From contig CM052816.1 of NCBI GenBank assembly GCA_028534125.1, positions 73,038,001-73,102,000 of the forward strand: a stretch of 64,000 bases of DNA. Direction: 5' to 3'. Positions within the stretch are counted from its first letter, which is position 1; each line of letters starts with the position of its first letter. This DNA comes from Lama glama. Taxonomy: Eukaryota. The notes beneath the pieces are model-generated. The model was not told where the DNA came from, searched no databases, and was given only the letters and a program-made list of their open reading frames with translations. Position numbers and translations under genes: made by a program. This document shows positions 26,501 through 37,930 of this stretch, in pieces.

Positions 26501-27528
26501 GATCTAGACTATTCCTACACCAAACCTTGCCTGTGCCTCACTCCTGCTGTACTTTTGCTCATATGTGCCCTCTCTCTGCCCCACCCTCTTCAAAGTTTAG
26601 CTCAAATCTTAGCTTTTCCATGATTCCTAAGACTAACCTAGAGCACATGAGGTTTATTTTCCCTGAAAGACAATGTTGACTGGACTAGTACTGGGCTCTT
26701 GACATGTATAATCTCACAATTATAATCCTAGGACACAGGGTGTTGTAGTTTTGTTTTCTATACTCTTTGATAGAATTCTTCAAGTTTCAGTGAAAGCTTA
26801 CTAAGGGCAAAGTCTAACTTCAATTACCCCTTTTGTATTCCAGTCATGTTGTATACCTCCAGGTGACAATTCACATTTATATGATGACTCCTAGAATACA
26901 GAGTGAGCCTTTTTTTGTTTCTAGGATATGGTGCATCAAATATTACTTGATTCTTAATTGGACTGCTCAGTTAATGTATATTGATTAATCTTGGCTTAAT
27001 TTATAGAATCCTCTTTAAAACCAATGTAAATTCACATAACAAGAATGTGGGCATTTTATACTCAAAAAAGTATTATAAGAGTACATTAAATGCCATTAAC
27101 ATGTAATGCACAAATGTCCTCATATGTTTCAAAAAAAGATGTATTACATTAAAACAAAACATAGTTTTCTTTCATCTATTTTACAAAACTCTCTGTAGAA
27201 ACAGCATCTCACAACCTTTAAATAGAGTATTATATCACCCAAACAGGAACACTAACAACGTGGAATTTATGTCTGAGGAAATCTGTGTTTTTTCCATCCC
27301 AATATGTAGAATTAGCGATACCAGCGGAATAAGCACAGATTGAGGAGATTTATTTTAGGTAGAGTGGAAGCATATGTATAAGTTATGTAATATTCAAAAA
27401 TTATTAGGCCCCTGGTAAAAAAGAAAAAAAGATTTTACTTTACACTTAAAATCATTAATGTAAAATATTACCCAATATTTTGGTTAGTATATTTGGAATA
27501 AAACTAGTTTTCTGGGTAAAATATAAAC

Positions 27529-27716
27529 CAGTGGTTCTCAACTGGGAAGGGGATTTACCCCCAGAGGCATATTTGGCACTATCTGAAACACTCTGTCACA
27601 ATTTAAGGGGTGCTGCTGGCGTCCTAAAGTAGTAGGTAGAAGCCAGGGTGTTACTAAATCTTAAAAAGCACGGGACAGTTCCTCAAAATGAAGAATTATC
27701 CCAGCTGAGATTAAAA
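27529..27716. mobile_element. MER20-like hAT-Charlie MITE
   Basis: Starts 'cagtggttctcaactggg...ccccagaggcatatttggcactatctgaaaca'; internal 'ggtagaagccagggtgttactaaa...ggacagttcc...aagaattatcc'. Candidate 8-bp TSD atataaac (27521-27528) / atatatac (27717-27724). Confidence 0.85.
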
Positions 27717-27904
27717 ATATATACTCTGAAGTAACCCAAGAAAGAAGTATTTCATTAACTGGCACGTCTTTCTTTTTCAGAGTTATAAGGAAAGTGGCTC
27801 CTGTGTGGAGTCTTTTAGGGGGCAGGGGGAAATGTGTTGTCTGCTCCCATCTAAAAAGTGGAACACAAAATAAGTCTGCGAAATAGAACAGGGGACAAAC
27901 ACAA

Positions 27905-28410
27905 AGACTGGAGTAAAAACGAAGTAGCAATCAAAAACCTCTCAATGAAGAAAAGTCCAGGACCAAATGACTTCACAGCTGAATTCAACCAAACATTCAA
28001 AGAATTAATACCATTTTTTTCAAACCCTTCCAAAAAATAGAGGGAATACTTCCAAACTCATTCTTTATCGATGTATAGTCTACAACCACACCAACCTGAA
28101 CACACCTGATCTCATCCAAACTCATTTTATGAGGCCAGCATCACTCTGATACCAAATCCAGACAGAAATACTACAGGAAAAAAAAAAAACTATGGGCCAA
28201 TATTTCTGATGAACATAGATGCAAAAATTCTCAATAAAATACTAACAACACATGAACAAATACTAACACATGAAAAAGATTTATCCTTGGGTTGGTTTAA
28301 CATAAGTAAATCAATCAATGTGCTACACCACATTAACAGAAGGAAACATAAAAGCCTCCTGACCATCTCAATAAATGCAGAAAAAACATTTGACAAAATT
28401 CAACATTTCC
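27905..28410 (+). mobile_element. Decayed L1 ORF2 fragment (pre-RT/RT start)
   Basis: Peptides KKSPGPNDFTAEFNQTFKELIP and [12 protein letters not shown]...[17 protein letters not shown]...[14 protein letters not shown] are L1 ORF2 motifs. Confidence 0.93.
28078..28116 (+). pseudogene. 3'-truncated (tailless) 5S rRNA retropseudogene, 5S nt 1-39
   Basis: gtctacaaccacaccaacctgaacacacctgatctcatc versus mammalian 5S GTCTACGGCCATACCACCCTGAACGCGCCCGATCTCGTC (recalled): 31/39 identical and ungapped, with 5 of 8 mismatches being CpG transitions. Flanked by the direct repeat tccaaactcatt (28051-28062, 28115-28126). Confidence 0.88.
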
Positions 28411-28419
28411 TTTACTACA

Positions 28420-28720
28420 AATTATTATTCAGGTCTCTGCTCCAGTGTCACCTTCATATATAAAAAAAAGTAGCTTTCACCACTTGCTATTCACTTCTGA
28501 CATTTTAGTCCCTTCATAGCACTTTTCATTACCTGGCATTTTTAAATGTTGTTGTTTTTTTTAATTGGTTTGTTTGTTTATTATCTGTCTCATCACTGTC
28601 ACTACTCCAAGTAAGTGGGATATTTGCTTCTTTTTAAATATCCTTAAGATAATGCCTGAAAAATGATAATCTCTTCATAAATATTTAATAATCAATATAT
28701 AAATTGATACATGAATGAAT
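28420..28720 (+). mobile_element. L2 LINE 3' fragment
   Basis: 'ttcaggtctctgctccagtgtcacc...ttcatagcacttttcattacctggca...gtttattatctgtctc...aatgcctg...ataaatattta...atgaatgaat'. Confidence 0.7.
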
Positions 28721-30454
28721 CAACATTTAAGATTTTCTACCCAGCCAATTAAAATTGTCTTTCTTATGCCTTGACATTCTCATTGTTTACCTTCTTTTTC
28801 CAAATTGGGGAAAAGATAAGAAGAATCAAGCCTCTACCTAGAAGGATATTGGAACAATAAACACTTGGTAGAGAAACTCAAGTGTTCCGGTCAATGCTAC
28901 TAAAATACAAACAAATCCTTTTTGTGAACAGACTCTTCATTTTCTATAGTATAATGTGTGTCTATGGAGCAGGTATCAGTTGAGTACATAGAATAAAGGT
29001 GTATGAAGGTAAAAAACAAGAAAAGGCATAAAGTAAATGAATGAAAGGAAGGAAATACAGGAAGCTAAAAATAAAGTAACTTTTTAAGTGATTGAGCAAC
29101 TGGATTTTCTAATCGATTAGATCTGTGTTCAAATCTGGCCTGCCTTAGGTTGCATGTTGCTTGATCAGGGTAACTTTGTACTCACATTTTTTATCATATG
29201 AAGGAAATGAAAAGATGGGGAAAAACTGAGAGCTCACGGGTTAAGTTTCAATTGTTTATACACCACCGAATTTAAAACAATCACTATTGGGTTTGCACTA
29301 ACTGTTCCTTTTACTACAGTACTGAATTTCCAGAGAAGAGTCAAAAATATCCCACATTTTGAGACAAGAAAGCTACAAAATGCTTCACAGATACGCAAAA
29401 GCAGATTCTCAAAACCATGCCCTGATAAAATAAGCAGGTGGATTCTCAGATATCAGAATGGCACTCTAACGTGACAACAAGGAATATCTTGGAAACACCA
29501 TGTATTTTACACTCTTAATCTCTGGTTTTCCTTTCTACAATTGCAAAGAGTAAGCAACAGATTTTTAGATTATAATTAAATTAAAACTGTCATGTTATGG
29601 TCCCTGTTTCCCAAACAGATATCCATTAGCTGGTACAATCTGATTTTGCTAAAGATCACTTGTATCCAAAATTCTCTTAGTTTAACCAATCCAAGGACCC
29701 TCCTCCTTTTGAATGAGAAAAAGATGCATTTGAATGCTATGGAAAATCATATTAAATACATAGGACACACAGTTTTTTAAAAAATCATTTATCCAAACAA
29801 AGACCTTAGATCTACACTTAATTATCATTCTATAGCAACTTGTTTTTTGGAACAGGAGTAGTTAAAATTAAATAAATAAATAATTTATCAGCACCAAATG
29901 ATTTTCATTAACTGTAAAATTAGCTTTCTACTCAGCACAGTTTTAATTATAAATGAGTTATTGATAATTTGTGTGCAGGTATTTCTTGGACAAGCAGAAT
30001 TTATATTTCCTGATTAAAATTTCTGTGAAATAAATGATTAACTTAGCAGCTACCATTTTAGTGTGAGGGATCTATGTTGGTGCATATTAGAAGAAGACCT
30101 TAGAGAATTTTTTTTCGTATGTTCCAGGAGATGTGATAGAGCAAGGAAGAGAATGCCCAGGCAGCCTCTGAATGGGACATGGCATCTAACTTCTTGGCAC
30201 CTTAGTTTCATTGATTATTTCTGCCCCAGTAGGAGCTGAGGAGGAAAGGGAAGGTTTATGCTCCAACTCCTGCTTCTTGCATAAGACATGAAACATGTTG
30301 GCAGGTCACCTTGGCGCATGGTTCAGGCTTATGAGCACACTGAGTCTTAAAGTTATATCACCCAAAAGAGTGATGCCACAGAGAGAAACCAAAAGGGAGG
30401 ACTGAGAACGACCTTATAAATAATATATTTATTTCTTTTCATAAAAACAAATTT

Positions 30455-30810
30455 CCCTGGATTGGTCAGCTATTGCTATTATAACGCTACATAACAAATA
30501 ACCACCAAATCTCAATGGCATTCAGTAATAATCATTATTCTCAGATTCACTGAGTTAAACTGATCCAAGCTAAGTTTAGCTGGGCGACTGGCTCAGGCTG
30601 CAGGGACTGGGACAGCTGTGCTCCAGAGGTCTCATCCTCTTTGGATCAGCAGGCTGACCAGGGCGTGTGTTTGCTTTGCAACGTCAGAAATTCAAGAGAG
30701 CAAGCAGAAACATGGTATGCCCTTTCAAACCTAGGCCTAAACCTATTACATTGTCACTCCTGCCGACCTTCCACCAGTTACTGCCAATCGCATGCCTAAG
30801 TTCAAAGTCA
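30455..30810 (-). mobile_element. MaLR LTR (MLT1I/J-like), part 1, interrupted by L1
   Basis: 'ggtcagctattgctattataacgctacataacaaataaccaccaaatctcaatggc...caagagagcaagcagaaaca...ttgtcactcctgcc' resembles antisense MLT1. Confidence 0.8.
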
Positions 30811-31496
30811 GCTAAAAACAGACTTACCACATGATCCAGCAATCCCATTCCTCGGCATGTATCTGGAGGGAACTCTAATATGAAAAGATACATGCACCCC
30901 AATATTCATAGCAGCACAACATACAGTAGTCAAAACATGGAAGCAACCTAAATGTCCATCGACAGCAGACTGGATAAAGAAGTTGTGGTATATTTATATA
31001 ATATACCACAGCCACTAAAAAAGAATAAAATAATGCCATTTGCAGCAAGATGGATGGACCTGGAGATCGTCATTTCAAGTGAAGTAAGCCAGAAAGAGAA
31101 AGAAAAATACCATATGATCACTCATACGTGGAATCAAAAAAAAAAAAAAGAAAGAAAGAAAGGAAAAAGAGGACACTAATGAACTCATTTACAAAACAGA
31201 AACAGACTCACAGACATAGCAAACAGTCTTATGGTTATTGGGGGAAAGGGAGTGGGAAGGGATAAATTTGGGTGCTTGAGATTTGCAAATGATAATCACT
31301 ATATATAAAAATGGATTTTAAAAAGTCTGTATAGCACAGGCAACTACATTCAGTATCTTGTAATAACCTTTAATGAAAAAAGAATATGCAAATAAATATA
31401 TGTATAAATATGCATGACTGGGACATTATGCTGTATACCAGAAACTGACATATTGTAACCAACTATACTTCAATTTAAAAAAAAGAAAAAAGAAAG
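30811..31496 (+). mobile_element. Young lineage-specific L1 3' end (ORF2 C-terminus, 3' UTR, poly-A)
   Basis: Peptide KKNKIMPFAARWMDLEIVISSEVSQKEKEKYHMI; 3' end 'aactatacttcaatttaaaaaaaagaaaaaag'; TSD caaagtca (30803-30810 and 31497-31504). Confidence 0.93.
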
Positions 31497-31595
31497 CAAA
31501 GTCAAGGGAGGTCCCTTTGCACATGAATAGGGCATGACAAGGGTGAGCTTGCAGGGAGGGCTGAAGAATGAAGGCCAATAATTTAATCTACTACA
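31497..31595 (-). mobile_element. MaLR LTR (MLT1I/J-like), part 2
   Basis: Continues after the L1 TSD: 'caaagtcaagggg...catgacaagggtg...gggagggctgaagaatgaaggccaataatttaatctactaca' (ends in CA). Confidence 0.75.
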
Positions 31596-32764
31596 TTTTT
31601 CTATTTTTCAAATTTGAGATCTGCATTGCTACAAGCATTTATATACTACATCAAGAAATGCCTTCCTAACTGAAAAAAGTTAATCAAATCTAAGTCATTG
31701 GTATGAATATTTTAATAGCAAATCTATACTAATTTGTCTATTTTAAATGAATTTTCTAACCGAAATTATACTACATATATCTATATGTATTTTTATACAT
31801 ATATGCATATATATAGTGATGTTCAACTGTACTTTCCTTAGAAATCACTGTACTAAAACTCTCAGAATTATAATTGTTTTCAGTGAATCACAAAATGCTA
31901 AAATGAATATATTTCTAGTTTGATAACATTTTACAGACAATAGTAGCTTGTACTAAATGACGCATTAGCCAGTAGCTTGCCTATTAAGAAGTGATAGGGC
32001 TCAAAAAGACTTATTTAGCCGTATATCTGTTTTCAGTCAGAAAAACTTCAGTCACAGAGATGACTCAGCCCAAGCTTGTGACAGGATGGGTAAACTGAAG
32101 GATTCCTTCCTTAGCATCAATGTAAAACAAGACATTATTGCTTAAGTGATCTCAATTGTACGCCTTCTTCAAAGCTCACTAAAACTCTGTGTGGATGAGT
32201 TAAGGAGAAATTACTGTTCTTTTTATTTTCCCCCTCAGGGTGTCCTCTTTTATTGTCTGATTGATTTGATGCCAGATTTTTAAGATAAACAAAACCAGCT
32301 GAAATGTCTAGCAGACACAAATTTAAGGCTCTCCTCAGACACAAAAAAACCTGATAAGTATCTCACGGGAGATATGTCTATATCTTATGTCTATATCTAG
32401 AGAGGAAGTAACTGTTTCTAGAAAAATGAAAGTGAAGAATGCTGAGAAGGTTCAGATGCTGAGATCAAGGACAAGGCCAACCCTGACCTACAACCATGAT
32501 CTTTCGTTCTGAATCCCCAGGGAAAATTGTGAAAGTATCAACATAAACCCGTCAGTAAACACTACTGAGAAATAACTCAGGACACACGATCACCTGCACA
32601 GAAAAGTAGAATAACATATACATAAAAATAACTTCCTATACTTTGGAAATTTGTTTTAAAACAAAATGAAATAAAACAATCTCCACGACTTTTTGTGAAG
32701 CTAAAAAATGAGACTAATTGCTCCTTTTTAATGAGAATCTATTTGTTTGCCTCCTTATTAGAGC

Positions 32765-33230
32765 TGTGAACGAAAAATACTCCGAACCGTATTAGTAAAC
32801 AAAGAATGCTGAAGCCATCAAGTCATCAGTGGCTGCCGCCACCCCCCAGGGAAGACAAGCCTGCAGCCCAGCCTCTGCAGCCACTCACCATGGTGCACCC
32901 TGAGGGGACTCAGAATAAGAAAGGACAAGATACTGCCCCTAGATAGCTGGGTGCTTGTCAAAAGAATGAATTCAATGAGCCCAAATGTTTGCTTCCTCCC
33001 ATATGTAGAAAAGCGCTAAATTCTTTAACTTGAGATGCCTGGTTTTCTTTAGTTAACAAGTAATCTTTTAAAGTTCCAACTACCTGGTCTTTGTTGTAAA
33101 GTTCCTATATATCCTGTCTCCTCTCCTTCCTCTTTGGAGCAGTCCCTCAGAGCGATCTGAGAGGCTGTCATCCCGGCTCGAGTCCTCCCACCAAATAAAA
33201 CATAACTCTCGACTTTTAGACTGTGTATCT
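32765..33230 (+). mobile_element. Relatively young ERV1-class LTR (resembles cetartiodactyl MER41-like LTRs), truncated by assembly gap
   Basis: TG start (tgtgaacg), TATA-like tatata at 33106-33111, R-like 'gagcagtccctcagagcgatctgagaggctgtc', AATAAA at 33194-33199, about 9 retained CpGs; family label from recall. Confidence 0.8.
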
Positions 33231-33730
33231 NNNNNNNNNNNNNNNNNNNNNNNNNNNNNNNNNNNNNNNNNNNNNNNNNNNNNNNNNNNNNNNNNNNNNN
33301 NNNNNNNNNNNNNNNNNNNNNNNNNNNNNNNNNNNNNNNNNNNNNNNNNNNNNNNNNNNNNNNNNNNNNNNNNNNNNNNNNNNNNNNNNNNNNNNNNNNN
33401 NNNNNNNNNNNNNNNNNNNNNNNNNNNNNNNNNNNNNNNNNNNNNNNNNNNNNNNNNNNNNNNNNNNNNNNNNNNNNNNNNNNNNNNNNNNNNNNNNNNN
33501 NNNNNNNNNNNNNNNNNNNNNNNNNNNNNNNNNNNNNNNNNNNNNNNNNNNNNNNNNNNNNNNNNNNNNNNNNNNNNNNNNNNNNNNNNNNNNNNNNNNN
33601 NNNNNNNNNNNNNNNNNNNNNNNNNNNNNNNNNNNNNNNNNNNNNNNNNNNNNNNNNNNNNNNNNNNNNNNNNNNNNNNNNNNNNNNNNNNNNNNNNNNN
33701 NNNNNNNNNNNNNNNNNNNNNNNNNNNNNN
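33231..33730. other. Assembly gap (500 N)
   Basis: Run of N; the X-filled ORFs here are artefacts. Confidence 1.
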
Positions 33731-33760
33731 GGGGGGGGGGATACAATTCAGCCTACAACA
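33731..33760 (-). mobile_element. Terminus of a MaLR (MLT1-type) LTR emerging from the gap
   Basis: 'ggggggggggatacaattcagcctacaaca' resembles the antisense MLT1 5' terminus (compare 58912-58935 ggggacacagttcagtccgtaaca). Confidence 0.6.
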
Positions 33761-33912
33761 AAACCTAAAAGATTTCATAGACAAATTATTAATATTAATA
33801 AAAGTTTAACAAAGCTGTTGAATATTTTTTAAATGTTATTAATGAAAAAAATATAAAGTATCTAGAAGTCAATCTGACAATAGATTTACATGGCCATTAT
33901 GTAGAAAACTAA
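33761..33912 (+). mobile_element. Old L1M ORF2 fragment
   Basis: 'aaacctaaaagatttcatagacaaattatta...agtttaacaaagctg...aagtatctagaagtcaatctgacaa...tatgtagaaaact'. Confidence 0.6.
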
Positions 33913-33944
33913 GTAAGAATTAATTTGTTCAAAACTGATGCTGT

Positions 33945-34487
33945 TTCCTACAATATTTACAATAGCCAAGACATGGAAGCAATCTAAATGTCCATTGACA
34001 GACGACTGGATAAAGAAGTTAGTGTGTGTGTATGTGTGTGTATGAATAAAATTATGCCATTTGCAACAACATGGATGGACCTGGAGATTGTCATACTAAG
34101 GGAAGTAAGCCAGAAAGAAAAAGAAAAATACCGTATGATATCACTTATATGTAGAATCCTAAAGAACGGCCAAAAATGAACTTATTTACAAAACAGAGGC
34201 TGACTCACAGACATAAAAAACAAACTTATGGTGACCAGAGGAGGAAGGGGATGAGTAGGGATAAACTGGGAGTTTGGGATTTGTAGATACTAACTACTAT
34301 ACATAAAATAGGTAAACAAAAAGGTCCTACCATATAGCACAGAGAATTATATTTAGTACCTTGTAATGGCATATAATGAAAAAGACAATGAAAATAAATA
34401 AATATATATATATGTATAACTGAATCACTATGCTGTACAGCAGAAATTAACACGATGTTAGAAATCAACTATACTTCAATTAAAAAT
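33945..34487 (+). mobile_element. Cetartiodactyl-type L1 3' end with perfect 14-bp TSD
   Basis: Peptide NKIMPFATTWMDLEIVILREVSQKEKEKYRMISLIC; 3' end 'aaatcaactatacttcaattaaaaa'; TSD aaaactgatgctgt at 33931-33944 and 34488-34501. Confidence 0.95.
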
Positions 34488-35059
34488 AAAACTGATGCTG
34501 TATAATGTCTCCTCTAAAGCAATACAGAAAACCAGCCATACCAAGTTCAGGCAATCACTTTGGTAGAGTGCTAAGGTTACAAATCTGGTTACTGGTCTTC
34601 CACACCACACAGGGGAAACTTAAAAGCACAGACCCCAGCTCTCCATTCTCCACAGGGGAGACTTGTGTTCTCCCCACCATGAATCTACTGATATGGAAGA
34701 AAAGGGTGGGTGTCAGGTTTGGACTGTTGGAGACCAACCCTAATCACATGAGGAGAGTGGGTGTGTCTTCCTTAGTCATGCAACTTAAACCTGAGAACTC
34801 AAAGGCCAAGGACCTACCTTCAGAGTCTGGCATGTGGCAAATTAGATCCTGTGCTCTGCTGCAAAGCAGTGTAACATAATTTCACATTATGTATCTCCAT
34901 CTACATACTTATTTTTCTCTCTGTCTACCTGTCTATTTAATTTTGGGCATTAGGTGCCTATAATTAGATTAATTAAATTCCACAATTCATGACATACTAA
35001 CATAATTTGTATATTGATACACACATGGCTTGCTATTTTATTTATTTATTTTTATACAT

Positions 35060-35338
35060 TTATTTATTCACTTTAATGCATATAACAACCATAAGCCCAA
35101 ATCCATATTCAAGTTGTAGAACATTACTAAAATTTTCTGCTACCTATTTTTTCTTTCCCATCCTATTCACCTATATCTTGCCTTCCACAGAGAGAACCAC
35201 TTTCCTGGTCTTTGAATTTATTGTTCTTCTGCTTTCAAAAAAGAGTATTTGTTTGATACTGCATGTAGTCTTCTGAAAGTTGCTTTTATCTTTCAGCTAT
35301 TACTAAGATTTATCCATACTGTATTCATAGCTCTAGTC
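35060..35338 (-). mobile_element. L1ME-like 3' fragment
   Basis: 'gtagaacattact...agagaaccactttcctggtctttg...catgtagtcttctgaaagttgctttt...aagatttatccatactg...tagctctagt'. Confidence 0.65.
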
Positions 35339-35339
35339 T

Positions 35340-35803
35340 TAACAAAATTTTAAAATATGAAAACAGTAAGTGTGGATCAGGATGTGAAGCAAGAATAAAT
35401 CTACTAAACTGCTTATAGGAATGTAGATTGGTAAAATCACTTTGGAGAACAATTTGACATAACCAGTATAGTCAAATGTTTGACAAATTTGTGACCTGGT
35501 ATTCCATAACTAGATTTATAGTCTAGAGAAATTCTGACATAGATACATAAAAACATATTCACAAGAATGTTAATGGAAACCATTTTTTAAATGCTAAAAA
35601 TTAGAAATATCCAAAATATCCTAATTCTCTCTTCAGTAGAGAAAAAAAAAATCAATGAACTAAAGCTATATATAAATATGGATGAACCTACAATTAAAAT
35701 GTTAAGTATAAAAATCAAGATGTTGAAGAATACATACAAAATATAACATATAAATATATATAAATATATAGAACTTTTAAAAATACAAAGCTATATTACA
35801 TGA

Positions 35804-35843
<40 letters not shown>

Positions 35844-36065
35844 CACAAATGTATGACAAAGACATAGAATGATAAATAACAAATATAGAATAGCTACAAC
35901 TTGAGGCTTTTTGGGAAAGGTGACCTTGAAAAGTTCATAGAGGTGTCAGCCGCTTTGACAAATTGTTCTTTTTTTATTGTTTAATTTGGATGCTGGGTTT
36001 TAAAAAGGTTGCTTTATTATGTTCAATATATTTTCATAAGTTAAGTACATAATAACGTTTCATAA
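35340..36065 (+). mobile_element. L1ME-like ORF2 end/3' UTR fragment containing (AC)n at 35813-35837
   Basis: 'aggatgtgaagcaa...gggaatgtagattggtaaaatcactttggagaacaatttgaca...tagagaaattct...caagaatgtt...aatgaactaaagcta...atggatgaacct'. Confidence 0.8.
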
Positions 36066-36339
36066 TAAAGCAATACTAGGAAACATTCTAGTGGAATTTT
36101 TTTCATTCGTTAAGCCTGACAAGGTTTGAATCTGCATTTTTAATAGTCTCAGTTTCCTCAATCAAACACCAAAACACAAAATTAGATCCATTTAATAAAA
36201 AAATTTTATAATCAAAACGGTGCTAGAAGTATGGATCCAATGCACAGACTGCTTTTGACTGTGACAAAACTAAACAATCAATTGTCAACTGAAGACAAAT
36301 GCTAAGGGCCAAATGAGGAAATAAAAAGATTATTTTTAA

Positions 36340-36730
36340 AAATTTAGATTTTTACCAGGCATTTCAGTGGATGCTGGAGGAACATTGGGCTAGCCAAACA
36401 AATGGCAATCCTGCTCCCACAGGTGTATGTTTAGTAGAGAAAATAGAGGCAAATTAAATAATCACACAATTAAAAAGAAAATTAAATCCCTATTTAACAC
36501 TCCTAAGGAGAGGCATATGTGTCTACAAAAGACATATCCAAGAGAATTGATCAATCAGGATAAATCAGAGAGGTTAGGAATAGTCTCTTGGAGGGAAAGT
36601 GCTAAATCAGCTATCTCTAGGTCAAATAAAGGAATGAGGAGACATTTCTTTGCAGAGAAAAAAATGAGCTCAAAGACCTTGTGTCCAGAGTACGGAGAGC
36701 AAGGTCTGTAGTAAAATTGGAGAATATGAG
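36340..36730 (-). mobile_element. L2 LINE fragment
   Basis: 'taccaggcattt...gatgctggag...aatcctgctcccacagg...aaataatcacacaa...ggttaggaatagtctcttggagg...gagctcaaagacc'. Confidence 0.65.
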
Positions 36731-37639
36731 GGGAAAAAATCAAAAAACAGAGAAATTAGTAAATGCTCATTTCAATCTTGATCTTACCTCCCATTGTCAA
36801 CTCCCCAGTCATTCTCTAAACAGCAATCTTTATTAATGCATTCACCTTTAGTGTCAGAGTAATTATCTGATATAAAAAGACTAAAGAAAGTCGAGTTGTA
36901 TAAGACCACAGCATATACATAGCAATAAATCTTGGTAACTGTGAACATCATGAATGTTTGTAAATATTTTCAGCATATAAAATCTGTCTCTGTAATGATA
37001 TTTCTACAACCCAACTGTAGTTTAATAAATGTTGATTTTTAGATCTCATTTTAATTTTTTTTCTCTTTTTGGTGGGTGGAGACTGAAAGAAGCTGGGAAA
37101 TTGTTCCCTGCTAACATGAAAAGATACAAAAGATAGTACAGTACTTTGAGTCTTTTCTCTATTAAAAGCATGTTATTAACTATCATTTAACTCTGATTTG
37201 TCAGACAATAGAACAATTGATATTTTTAATACTCCAGGAAGAATTGTCACTTTATAAAGTTTCTTATTCTGAGGGTCTCAATAGCTTTCTGCATGAACTA
37301 AATTACACCAATTTTCACAGTTTAGTATGTGATGGCATAACAATATAACGTTAAATACCTTTTGGGTATAAGAAAATGACTGTATGGGGATCTAAGAATA
37401 AGTAATTTATCATGTATTTTTTTAAAGGAAAATAATGATTAGTTTGAGTCTATTATAACCTTAGGCAGTCTCATTTTCTCAACATCACTGTTCAAACATA
37501 AGATTTCTCTAATTTTATGAAAACCACCTGGGACATTACCTTTGCTTCATAAGGGGAAGAAAAAAGGTAAGTATCATAAATGTTTAATAGGACTGAGTAC
37601 ATTCTGTTTTTGCTTCTGCCCTCTCCCCTGATAGTCACC

Positions 37640-37930
37640 AGATGTAGTAGAAAGAGTTCCAGATCTGTATTTAAAATGAGGTTTATACTCCAGTTTCAAC
37701 ATTCAGGAGCTCTGTTACAGAGGCCAAGATTCTCAGTCAGCAAACAATCATAATAATACTCACTTTACAAGATTTTATCTAAGGAATAAAAAAAAAAATG
37801 GCACGCCATGGGAGCACAACTTGAATCTTCTCGGAAGTAGGGATCTTGTCTTAAGGAGCATTGTATTCTTAGTAATATGCGTGGCACTTCCTTGTATTTA
37901 GAATGTGCTAAATTTACATATGAAAAATGA
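37640..37930 (+). mobile_element. Degenerate MIR followed by an L2 tail
   Basis: 'gatgtagtagaaagag...ataataatactcactttacaagatt' then 'cttctcggaagtagggatcttgtctt...ttgtattcttagta'. Confidence 0.45.

Noticed and set aside
33080..33784. Three long ORFs (234, 176 and 181 aa)
   Set aside because: Artefacts of translating the 500-N gap.
35060..36065. Twin-priming inversion from adjacent opposite-strand L1ME pieces
   Set aside because: Both pieces appear to include overlapping 3'-end regions and no shared TSD is visible; two independent old insertions are simpler.
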